From positions 1 to 24,000 of the forward strand of contig NVTY02000080.1 of assembly GCA_002401765.2 (NCBI GenBank): 24,000 nucleotides of DNA. The letters run 5' to 3'. The position numbers were made by a program, and so were the translations under genes. The DNA comes from Thiotrichaceae bacterium (GTDB lineage Bacteria > Pseudomonadota > Gammaproteobacteria > SZUA-140). The notes below the pieces were generated by a model. That model made no database searches and was not told the DNA's origin. It saw only the letters and a program-made list of their open reading frames with translations. Below, piece by piece: positions 1 to 9,959 of the stretch; the stretch's first letter is position 1; every line of letters starts with the position of its first letter.

Positions 1-282
1 ATATTTTTTGCCGGATTCGCAGCTATCTTTCGACATGCCGAAAACAGGGAATGAAACCGAGCGAAGCACTTAGGTTACTGTTTGCCGGGGAGCTGCCTGG
101 CTTTGTTGTAGGGTCAGCTGAATAGTTACAATGATTTCACTATAAAAGTAAGCAATGAGTACGTATGTAGTCAATTAGACGTTTTTATTTGCCTAATTAG
201 GAATATATTGATAACCATGCCCGCTATATTCTTTCTATAAAAGGAGGAAAGAGAAAAGCAGGCCTTAAAAAGAAAGGGGTAC

Positions 283-2185
<1,903 letters not shown>

Positions 2186-2575
2186 TTTTGTTGGCTTAGG
2201 GTCGCGCGGTACAGATTAGGTATAATTATATTAACTTCAATAGGTTACGTTAGATTAGCTTAGTTTTGAAAAACTGAGCACTGTTCCGCAAGTGTACCGC
2301 GGTACAGGTGATTTTTATGGGGGTAAATTTGGCGTGTTGCCAGTGGCAACACCCTCGTAACTGATATCTTCCACAACCAATCTTTCGATTTGCGTGCTTT
2401 TGCGCTGCTAACACTTTTCAGAGCCACTCAATCAATTACCCATCAATCAATTAAAAGTCCAGCCATAGAGATTTTTGTCTTTTTAGTACTCTTTATGTTC
2501 AAATCATATTTTTAGCTGCTAAAAGTACTGTCGAAGTGCAGGCTCGATGAAACGGATGCAACATAAGCAATCAGT

Positions 2576-3138
2576 ATGAAGTGGAGACCATTTGAATATC
2601 AGGGGGCTACTTATAACCTGTCACACCTGGATCCTTTTTATTGGCGCTACACTGCTGAGGCAGGCGGGAAACGCCCAGAGTGTACTTATAAGTTTCAAGT
2701 CAGTTTCTCTATGCACTGTTTTACTAGAAAGGCGCTGTCCAGCGAGACGATAGGCGATGGGCTGTGGTATACGGGGCCAAAAGAGAGCCGCGTTTTCTGC
2801 GTTGATCGCTATGCTTTTTCCACCCAACTCCCAGATATCGTCCGAAGCATGGGAGAGCGGCCCTGTTGGCACACTCACCATGGGAATTTTTTTACCATCG
2901 AATTGACTACCCAGGAGGAAAGGGTGGTTGAATATGAGATCTACTTTGATGTCACCAAAGCTAGCAGAAAAGGATGGTTAAACCTGATCCTCGAAAGCGC
3001 TTATGAACGAACAGATGCTTATGCAACCACGCAACCACGCAACCTAGAAAACGAAAAATCCGTCTGGATGTTATCGCTTACAATCGACAGGTAGGAAAGA
3101 AAATAAAACCGGGAGGGTCACGGACGCGCATAAAATAA
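2576..3138 (+). pseudogene. Conserved hypothetical island protein, frameshifted by an 8-bp tandem duplication
   Basis: The 172-aa ORF runs 2576-3094. The unit gcaaccac occurs 2.75 times at 3023-3044. Deleting one unit changes the tail to ATTQPRKRKIRLDVIAYNRQVGKKIKPGGSRTRIK, ending at TAA 3136-3138, which overlaps the first base pairs of the terminator hairpin (3137-3160). Confidence 0.65.
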
Positions 3139-3160
3139 AGCCCGCTCAAAGGCGGGCTTT
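3137..3160 (+). terminator. Hairpin terminator downstream of the restored 2576 gene
   Basis: aaagcccgc (3137-3145) pairs perfectly with gcgggcttt (3152-3160) across a 6-nt loop. The T run is short (3 nt), so efficiency is uncertain. Confidence 0.5.
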
Positions 3161-4044
3161 CCGGGACTCTTTGAATATCCCCAGACCTGCTAGAGACCTG
3201 TCACCAGGCGGTACAACCACACTGCCTAAGCAGCTCCGTTCATATGGTTGCATTAATAGTATCGGCTTTTAGGCCGAAAATGTAAATAGTAAAAAAGGTA
3301 TTAACATACTGCAACCGAGACAGGCAAAAGAAAGACAAAATAATATAACCCATTGTAATACAACAACATAAACACTTAACCTCTAATTCTAACTGCATTA
3401 GATTGCATCTGGTGGTTAGGTGGAGATTAATCTCCCCTTCCGGGCGCAGTCATCAGGGGAGATATATTCAGCAGCAAGCACTATACTACCCCCTGCCAAA
3501 ACCGTTATCGCTGCGGTCAATCAGCGATACCCTTGTCGAGCAATCGACTCCCAGCACCTCGCAGACCCAGTCCAGTTTGGTTCAGGTGCGACAGCCATCA
3601 GGCTGTGGGTTATGCCTTAACTTTATCTATTAAGACTATCGGTGTTAGCACCGAGCACTTTCACGCCTGATCACTTTGATCAATCCACATCACTGCACCA
3701 GTTTTTCTGTTGCAGCATCAAAAAGCGTGCGCCAAGCGTTGGCCCGTCTTTGCTGGTGGCGCGCAGCGCCTCCACAGAGACGGGCGGCATGAAACTGGCG
3801 CAACGTCTTATCAATAGAGGCTTTTTCGGTTTTCATCACCGATGCAAAAGCCTGCAACCCCCTGAATGCGGCGGCAGATTTCTGATCTGTGACAGCCAGT
3901 ACCTTACCTGCGATCTGCGCAATGCAGACCGTGCAGAGGTGCCATGCATTCAGGCTTTAACTGCCCTGCTGTCGGTAATAGACAGCCCCAGGGTCACGGG
4001 CAAGTGACCACGGCGCGACCGGCGCTTAATCCGGTTTAACACTC

Positions 4045-4208
4045 AAGGAACCTCTGATTAATTCTGGGCGGATAGCTATGAGCCAAAAATGTCCAACTGC
4101 TGTGTTGCTAATCTTAGCAATAGTCCCGCTATTACTTGCGATTAGCGCCTTGCATTTGAAAATTTTTCATCTCATATCTATCCGCCCAGAATTAATCAAA
4201 GGCTCCTT
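4045..4208. repeat. 164-bp inverted-repeat element (38-bp arms, 88-bp spacer), MITE-like or large cruciform
   Basis: Arm 4045-4082 pairs with 4171-4208 with 3 mismatches. The perfect 21-bp core is tgattaattctgggcggatag (4055-4075) against ctatccgcccagaattaatca (4178-4198). Confidence 0.7.
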
Positions 4209-4222
4209 AGCAGCATCAGGGT

Positions 4223-4930
4223 ATGGCGGTGAGTTATGCGCAAAACCTGCTCTCATCGGTGAATGTGATCCTGGAGACGATGCGGGGGGATTCACTGCTG
4301 CGGGTCTCACCCGCTGAGCGGGTGGGTGAACGCAGCCACGTGCGCCATGAGGCTCCAATGGGGTTGGCACGGGAGCGGCTGCAACATGCGACCTCTAATC
4401 TGCACCATCGAGGGGAGCCGCGTGTCGCAGCCGTGGCGGAACTCACTCGGGAACTGGGGCTGCGTTTTCGTGAGGCCTCGCTGCTCGATGCCCGCAGCGC
4501 ACTGCAACAGGCCGAGCATCGGGGTGCGGTGAATATTACGGCGGGGACTAAAGGGGGTCGAGGCCATCTGGTAGATCGCTGGGTGCCGGTCACATCACAG
4601 GCCACAGCAGCACTGCAAAGGGCGGCCGAGCTACAGGGAAACGGTCGGAACCTGATCCCTGATGGGAGCCGCTACAGCCAGTGGCGTGACCACGCCTATC
4701 ACGCCTGGTCGAAGGTCGCCCCAGATGCTGAGTTAAAGGGCTTTCATGACCTGCGTGCCGCTTACGCCTGTGAGCGATATGAACAACTGACCGGCCACCC
4801 TGCACCGGTGGTGGCGGGTGAAAGGGAAACGGCAAAGGGGGAAGATCAGAAGGCACGAGCGGTGATCTCCGCTGAGCTGGGCCACGGCCGGGTCGATGTC
4901 GTGGCGGCCTATCTGGGCAGCGGCCGCTGA
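4223..4930 (+). CDS. Tyrosine-recombinase catalytic-domain protein (integrase-domain family), probably 5'-truncated
   Basis: Catalytic-type motifs appear in order: GLRFREA (Arg), TKGGRGHLVDRWVPV (Lys), FHDLRAAYA (H-x-x-R), LGHGRVDVVAAYLG (His, Tyr). The frame opens only at TAG 4208-4210, at the edge of the inverted-repeat element. No N-terminal core-binding domain is readable upstream. Confidence 0.6.
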   Translation: MAVSYAQNLLSSVNVILETMRGDSLLRVSPAERVGERSHVRHEAPMGLARERLQHATSNLHHRGEPRVAAVAELTRELGLRFREASLLDARSALQQAEHRGAVNITAGTKGGRGHLVDRWVPVTSQATAALQRAAELQGNGRNLIPDGSRYSQWRDHAYHAWSKVAPDAELKGFHDLRAAYACERYEQLTGHPAPVVAGERETAKGEDQKARAVISAELGHGRVDVVAAYLGSGR

Positions 4931-5304
4931 TGGCGACGCCAGCTAATCAGCAGCAGGCGGCACGCATTGCGCGTGACTTGCTGGTGCGACGTCTACCCGG
5001 CTCACGCCGAGGCTCGGTACACGCCCATCTGCAACGGGCGCAGTTGATCGCTGAGGTTATCTGGCGGCGCTGGCAGGTGGGGCCGTATCAATGGCAGGTG
5101 AAACACTTGCGCTGGTATCTGGTGGAGAAGACCGCGCATTTAACACCGGGTACCCGTTATCGTCATTGGCTCACCGTGCGGGTTTTAGTGTCCGCACTGC
5201 GGACAACCGAGCACTGGCTTCCTCAGTTGCAGGGGCCGTGGTTAAGGCCGACGGGGGTGGCGGGTAAATTGAATGTGGGGCGGCCGGTGAAGCGGCCTTG
5301 TTAA
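4930..5304 (+). CDS. Hypothetical protein, translationally coupled to the integrase-domain gene
   Basis: The 124-aa ORF starts in a TGATG overlap (stop 4928-4930, start 4930-4932). It is basic and Trp/Arg-rich. No family was recognised. Confidence 0.45.
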   Translation: MATPANQQQAARIARDLLVRRLPGSRRGSVHAHLQRAQLIAEVIWRRWQVGPYQWQVKHLRWYLVEKTAHLTPGTRYRHWLTVRVLVSALRTTEHWLPQLQGPWLRPTGVAGKLNVGRPVKRPC

Positions 5305-5482
5305 GGTGTAGTATCTTTGAATATTCAGGTTCTCTTTTTAATGGTCGGTGTGTCGCGAAAGCAGTCGCTCGAAGCTGGCCATTGGGTTTCTGACGAGTCC
5401 AAATTTTTTTCAAATATTCTAAGCGTGTAACTTGATGATTGTCAGGATATAATTCAGTTTTGTTAATGTTAAGATGGATGTC

Positions 5483-5565
5483 CGGCTAAGCTCGTCCGGC
5501 TAAGCTCGGCTAAGCTTTAAGATGGGTGTCCGGCTAAGCTACGGCTAAGCTGCTACGGCTAAGCT
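5483..5565 (+). repeat. Iteron family 1: six copies of CGGCTAAGCT in two clusters of three
   Basis: Copies lie at 5483-5492, 5497-5506, 5507-5516, 5531-5540, 5542-5551 and 5556-5565. Each cluster begins with a 24-bp unit, ttaagatggRtgtccggctaagct (5469-5492 and 5517-5540, 1 mismatch, 48-bp period). Confidence 0.9.
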
Positions 5566-5623
5566 ACCTTATATGCGTAAAACAACCACCTCTTATGCGT
5601 AGATCCTGCCACCTTATATGCGT
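5566..5623 (+). repeat. Iteron family 2: three copies of ACCT(T/C)(A/T)TATGCGT at 22-23 bp spacing
   Basis: The copies are accttatatgcgt at 5566-5578, acctcttatgcgt at 5588-5600 and accttatatgcgt at 5611-5623. The spacing is about two helical turns, as in classical iterons. Confidence 0.85.
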
Positions 5624-5647
5624 GGATAACTCCATTAACTAACAGGC

Positions 5648-6517
5648 TTATCCACCGTTGCGCAGATAGCAGCTGAGATCCTTCGGCGGGATATGGGTCG
5701 GACTGGGAAAAAGCCTAACCCCGCATTGAACAACCACAAATCGTGCCTGCGGGTAAAACAGCCCGACACGCGCCAGTGCACTGCGGAAGCGATCCCTGAA
5801 ATGGGCATCACGCTGGTAGCTGTTACCGAACTGCACCATCAACTCCCCCCAGGGGATGGTGACCGGCCGCTTCAAACTATAAAAACGATAAGTCAGCCAG
5901 CAGTAGATATCCATCGCTAATGGATAATGGCCACAGGCGTGCAGCACCCGCAGATCGACCGGGATCGCACTCTGCTGAGTATGCTGAAAAAACTCATCAC
6001 TCAACACCAGTCGAGACTGCCAGCGAAACGGAGAGGCGGGCTGCCACAGCAGTGAGGCTGACTGTGCAACGCGCAATGAGGCGATATCCCACCGCTGCTC
6101 ACTGCGCTCAGTCACCTGAATCGTACAGCTTAACAGCCGCTTCAACTGCTCACGTGCGTAAGTCAGCGAACCATTCCTGCCGCCGGTACTCGCCTTGCCC
6201 ATAAGATTAAGAAAGTCGGCCGTACTCGGCCCCAGTGAAACAACACGGCTCTGGCACTGTTTACTCAATGTGGTGATCGCACAGAGCGCCAGGCGCGGCA
6301 TCGCCCCATAAGGAAGACCTACCTCACGACTCGCCAGCATCGTAAGCGTGCGGTTACCATTGCGGCGGATGAACTCATTCTCCCGAGGCTTACTAACCGG
6401 CAGCGAGGTCGTCGCCATCAGGCGCGGAATAAAAGCGATCTGCTTCGACTCCAGCGCACTGCACTGTTTGATCTGCTCCGCAATATCGATGAGATAGGCG
6501 GCAGTGCGTTTCTTCAT
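5648..6517 (-). CDS. repA: Plasmid-type replication initiator RepA
   Basis: The 289-aa ORF contains GLPYGAMPRLALCAITT, TGGRNGSLTYAREQLKRLLSCTI and a C-terminal YCWLTYRF region. From memory these match the plasmid-encoded RepA family. The reading frame is intact and iterons lie immediately adjacent. Confidence 0.75.
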   Translation of the reverse strand: MKKRTAAYLIDIAEQIKQCSALESKQIAFIPRLMATTSLPVSKPRENEFIRRNGNRTLTMLASREVGLPYGAMPRLALCAITTLSKQCQSRVVSLGPSTADFLNLMGKASTGGRNGSLTYAREQLKRLLSCTIQVTERSEQRWDIASLRVAQSASLLWQPASPFRWQSRLVLSDEFFQHTQQSAIPVDLRVLHACGHYPLAMDIYCWLTYRFYSLKRPVTIPWGELMVQFGNSYQRDAHFRDRFRSALARVGLFYPQARFVVVQCGVRLFPSPTHIPPKDLSCYLRNGG

Positions 6518-6633
6518 TGTCTCACTTTACGAACCCACTCAAACTGAGCTGTCATTGTTCGGTATCTACGCTAATAAAATGAACACTGAAAGGCAGCAGT
6601 AAATTGGAACGCGAATAATAGCGATCTCTTCCA

Positions 6634-6882
6634 TTAGAGATCCGCAGCAGAGATGATGGCGGCAACATCAGAGGCAGGATAATAGACCCGCCGCCCGATG
6701 CGCCTGGCGCACTCTTTCAGCGCCTGTGTCTTTGAGTCGCAAGGATAACAAAGGCTATAACGCAGCCCGCCTGCCGAACGCCCTAGCAGCTGCGCCAGCT
6801 GATCCTGTGAAAGTAGTGGGCCATAGAGTCCTGTGATCTTATTCTCAAGCAGTGAGCCGTTGGCATTGTCAGTATCTCGCAT
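6634..6882 (-). CDS. Small HTH DNA-binding protein (excisionase / AlpA / PrtN-like)
   Basis: The 82-aa ORF has LLSQDQLAQLLGRSAGGLRYSL ... IGRRVYYPASDVAAII, the pattern of MerR-superfamily excisionase-type HTH proteins. It lies between int and repA on the same strand. Confidence 0.55.
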   Translation of the reverse strand: MRDTDNANGSLLENKITGLYGPLLSQDQLAQLLGRSAGGLRYSLCYPCDSKTQALKECARRIGRRVYYPASDVAAIISAADL

Positions 6883-6974
6883 TTCATGTGCTCCCTTGTG
6901 TGAACATGACGAGACATAGCTATACCTATTTCAGACAGCGAGAACCATAATAAATCAGATCTCCAACTCAAAAA

Positions 6975-8020
6975 TTAAATGTTACCCTGGTGAGACTGTA
7001 GCTGATCCAGCCGACTAACAAGATCTTCGGCACGCAGATGGGTATAGCGTCGCAACATCTGCATCGACTTGTGGCCGGAGATCGCCGCCACCTCCTGATC
7101 ACCAAGCCCCATCTCAACCAAACGAGAAACGGCCTCATGGCGCAGGTCGTGAAAGCGCAACCCATCGATACCCGCATCCTTTATGGTTCGATGCCAGGCA
7201 GGGCGGAATTCATAGGGGCGACGCTTGCCATCCCGACCCGGTTCGCCCCAAAAAATAAGGTGGGTATCCAGAGGGCGAATAGGATGATTTAACACTTCAC
7301 GAAATACCGCCGTGGCCTCACGGGTCAACGGCACCATTCGTGCTGAACCGTTTTTGGTATCGCTGAGTAGCACTGTCCGCTTCGATAGATTCACCTGATC
7401 ACGCGAGAGTGATTTGATCTCACCGGCACGCATACCCGTGTGGAGTGCAATACGTACGATCCATCCCAGCATAGGGTTGGAGTGCTGGTTACAGGCCTTG
7501 AACAACTTCGCCTCTTCACCCTCAGTTAATCGTCGGTCACGCCCTTTGGCTGGCGGATATTGGCAACCGGATTGTAAAACAACCCCACACGCCACTCTTT
7601 AATTGCAATGGTAAACATATGTGAAAGCAACGAAAGTTCCAGACGAACCGTACTGGCGGATTTGCCTTCGTTCAACCGCTTGTCACGGTACTCCGCCACC
7701 AGATCCGGTGTGATTGCCCCCAGACTATAACTGCCCAGCGCCGCCTTAAGCGCCTTAGCTTTGTGACGTTCTGCAGAGGCAGTACTGGCCTTCTTGGTTG
7801 AAGAGACTTCATTCAGATAGCGGTCTATCGCTTTCTTAAGAAGCAGGCGGTCAGCGCTCGCCCGGTCGATGTAGACACCGCGTACCATCTCATCCTCGGT
7901 ACGTCTTGCCCAGTCCTGAGCATCACGTTTGGTGCGGAAAGTTTTGATCGTGGTGGGCCACCCGCGCTTGCGAATAATCGCCTTCCAGGTAGCCGATGGG
8001 GTCTTTGCAATCGTTGCCAT
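6975..8020 (-). pseudogene. int: Tyrosine integrase (phage-integrase family), frameshifted
   Basis: The N-terminal part (ORF 7526-8068) has its likely start at ATG 8020, preceded by GGAGG. The C-terminal part (ORF 6975-7595) has ALHTGMRAGE, HDLRHEA and RRYTHL. The frames join as NPVANIRQPKG / RDRRLTEGEE if one base is added at the ccc/ttt run 7542-7547. Confidence 0.85.
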
Positions 8021-8108
8021 TTTGCACCTCCAGAACGAGTAGTGCACTGAAAGTGTACCGCATGACACGGGGACTAAAAAGCAGGAGAGGGTAACTTATT
8101 GAATTTAT

Positions 8109-8184
<76 letters not shown>

Positions 8185-8346
8185 ATTTTGTAATGCGGAT
8201 TTCGCTGCTGGGCATTGCTGCCGCTTTTTTGTCAGCGAGGGCGTATTAAACAGGGCAGGCCATTTTTAGTCAAGCCTAAGTAGCGATAAACCCTGAATTT
8301 TAATCGAAAATGCATCATTTTAGCCGTTCTACGGTATATTGCCGCC

Positions 8347-9384
8347 ATGCTTCGACATATCATTTCTATATCTGTGTTTTTGTTGCTTGCTCCGCCGCTG
8401 GTGGGGTGCGATAAACCCGAGCCTAGCACTCACACATCACTCGCTGAGGATACGATGCCAGCTAATGCGCTGACACCGCAACCTCTCCACCTCGTACCCA
8501 CTACCAAAGCAGGGCCGCCCGGAGAGCACGAGATATTAATCCCTGCGGGGGCGTTCGTCCGCGGCAGTAACAAAGTCGACGAGGCGGGGTTACAAGAGCG
8601 CTACGGCTTTGTCACACCACTATTTGTTAATGAGCATCCAGAACACAGGTTCACCCTGCCTGCGTTTATTCTCGATAAGTACGAGGTGACCAATGCCGAG
8701 TACAAGACCTTTGTAATGCGCACCCACCACCCGGAGCCGCAGGCGTGGATTCAAAATGGCTACAACGTGCATGGCGATAAACTGCGTCGTGCGCATGTCG
8801 ACAATCTACGCTGGATCTCTACCGACTACTTCAACCTAGACATCAATCCTGAGACCCTCGATAAACCACAACTGCTCGAAGCGCTGCTTGCCAAACAGAG
8901 CCAGCGCGATGCCTTGGCTGCCACCGCGGTTAACTGGTTTGATGCGGATGACTACTGCCGCTGGCTCGGCAAGCGACTGCCGACTGAAGCGGAATGGGAG
9001 AAGGCCGCACGCGGCCCCAATGGCAATGAATACCCGTGGGGTAACGAATGGGCACCGGGATTTGCCAACTCAGGCGAGAACCCCGCACAGGAAGATGACG
9101 AGTCGATTATGCCACCGGGCAGTTTTCCCAAGGATGTTTCGTATTACGGCATTTTTGATCTGGGTGGTAACGTCTCAGAATGGGTCGCCGATGTTTACCA
9201 GCCTTACGACGACAGTGACTTTGATGACCCCAACTACGCCAAACAGCACCGCATTGTCAAAGGGGGTGGTGCCGGTATGGGGCATTATGGCCTTAGCACG
9301 TTCTTCCGTGGTGCGCGCCGTGCCCACACCGCAGCCGAAAGTGCGAGTACTGATGTCGGGTTTCGCTGTGCGCGGGAGGAGTGA
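8347..9384 (+). CDS. Formylglycine-generating-enzyme (SUMF1/FGE-sulfatase domain) family lipoprotein
   Basis: The signal peptide has lipobox LVGC. Motifs YEVTNAEY, DYCRWLGKRLPTEAEWEKAARG, GNVSEWVAD and GFRCA are typical of the FGE-sulfatase domain. Confidence 0.8.
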   Translation: MLRHIISISVFLLLAPPLVGCDKPEPSTHTSLAEDTMPANALTPQPLHLVPTTKAGPPGEHEILIPAGAFVRGSNKVDEAGLQERYGFVTPLFVNEHPEHRFTLPAFILDKYEVTNAEYKTFVMRTHHPEPQAWIQNGYNVHGDKLRRAHVDNLRWISTDYFNLDINPETLDKPQLLEALLAKQSQRDALAATAVNWFDADDYCRWLGKRLPTEAEWEKAARGPNGNEYPWGNEWAPGFANSGENPAQEDDESIMPPGSFPKDVSYYGIFDLGGNVSEWVADVYQPYDDSDFDDPNYAKQHRIVKGGGAGMGHYGLSTFFRGARRAHTAAESASTDVGFRCAREE

Positions 9385-9414
9385 TTTTTAGTGATGTGAG
9401 TGGCGTTTAAGCGT

Positions 9415-9559
9415 CGTCATCCCGGCGCAGGCCGGGATCCAGATAACCACTAAAGACTCAGTGACTACCATTATCACTACGTAGCAGGTAGATAGAGTAC
9501 AAAGACAATTTTTGGGTCTTTTTTAATCTTTCTGGATCCCGGCCTGCGCCGGGATGACG
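9415..9559. repeat. MITE-like palindromic element with perfect 28-bp terminal inverted repeats
   Basis: cgtcatcccggcgcaggccgggatccag (9415-9442) is the exact reverse complement of 9532-9559. Each arm also contains its own hairpin (cccggc gcag gccggg). The element is intergenic. Confidence 0.8.
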
Positions 9560-9616
9560 GCCAATAAAATTAACCGGTGCCCGGGTAACGGATAATAAAA
9601 CCAACTAGATGGGAAC

Positions 9617-9641
9617 AAAACAATGCCGAAGCATTGTTTTT
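9617..9641 (-). terminator. Rho-independent (bidirectional) terminator downstream of yggX
   Basis: aaaacaatgc (9617-9626) pairs with gcattgtttt (9631-9640) across loop cgaa. A/T runs lie on both sides. Confidence 0.65.
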
Positions 9642-9650
9642 AAGCAGGCT

Positions 9651-9923
9651 CTAATTTTCTGGCGGAACATAACCTTCTGGGGTTTCAGAACCACCACCAA
9701 AGAAAAACTTCTCCATTTCACCTTCCAAAAATTTGCGCGCACGCGGCTCCATGGGCACCAGGCGGTTTTCATTAATCAGCATCGTCTGCTGTTTGAGCCA
9801 CATCTGCCACGCCTCGGCAGAAGCCTCATGGTAGATGCGAGCACCAAGATCACCAGGATAAGGGGCATAAACCAGACCAAGGGCCTCTTTTTTCAATACT
9901 ACACATTCCACCATACGCGTCAT
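9651..9923 (-). CDS. yggX: Fe(2+)-trafficking / oxidative-damage protection protein YggX
   Basis: The 90-aa ORF has [29 protein letters not shown] and a C-terminal EGY.P. It lies directly downstream of mutY, as in enterobacteria. Confidence 0.9.
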   Translation of the reverse strand: MTRMVECVVLKKEALGLVYAPYPGDLGARIYHEASAEAWQMWLKQQTMLINENRLVPMEPRARKFLEGEMEKFFFGGGSETPEGYVPPEN

Positions 9924-9959
9924 TTTCTACTCCTTCGGGGTCTCGTCACTGAGGCCAAC

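Larger units (their letters stand above)
5401..5656. promoter_or_regulatory. Plasmid-type replication origin (oriV): AT-rich tract, two iteron families, two DnaA-box-like sites
   Basis: The AT-rich tract spans 5401-5470 and the iterons span 5469-5623. gtggataac at 5622-5630 is the complement of TTATCCAC, and ttatccacc lies at 5648-5656; each matches TTATCCACA at 8 of 9 positions and they are in opposite orientations. The region abuts the 3' end of repA. Confidence 0.75.

Noticed and set aside
3403-4007. Plus-strand ORFs of 76, 66 and 121 aa
   Set aside because: Their composition is Cys/Arg/Ser-rich, and the 121-aa ORF has a non-ATG start. The minus strand gives more protein-like stretches (for example IAGKVLAVTDQKSAAAFRGLQAFASVMKTEKASIDKTLRQFHAA), but these are broken by stops and frameshifts. 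I treat the region as decayed remnant or non-coding; neither strand nor product can be supported.
4078-4317. 79-aa hydrophobic ORF
   Set aside because: It lies almost entirely within the spacer and right arm of the 164-bp inverted-repeat element and runs out of frame into the integrase-domain gene. Its hydrophobicity is explained by the AT-rich spacer.
3168-5324. 11-mer tctttgaatat shared between 3168-3178 and 5314-5324
   Set aside because: Dozens of 11-mer pairs are expected by chance in 24 kb, and the match does not extend.
4167-5413. Multiple minus-strand and alternative-frame ORFs (4167-4370, 4234-4605, 4307-4567, 4326-4532, 4590-4856, 5171-5413)
   Set aside because: These are shadow ORFs, typical of GC-rich coding sequence. 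They are Arg/Pro/Ser-rich and overlap the motif-bearing plus-strand genes.
5469-5623. Possible CRISPR array
   Set aside because: The repeats are only 10-13 bp long and are separated by 0-10 bp rather than by spacers of about 30 bp. There are no cas genes. The context (adjacent repA, DnaA boxes, AT-rich tract) fits iterons.
5693-6204. Plus-strand ORFs of 75 and 94 aa
   Set aside because: They are antisense to repA and their sequences are not protein-like.
6783-7602. Small ORFs 6783-6971, 6968-7177, 7038-7292, 7414-7602, and also 7825-8141
   Set aside because: They overlap the integrase frames or the int-HTH spacer. No motifs were found, and the integrase frames explain the coding signal.
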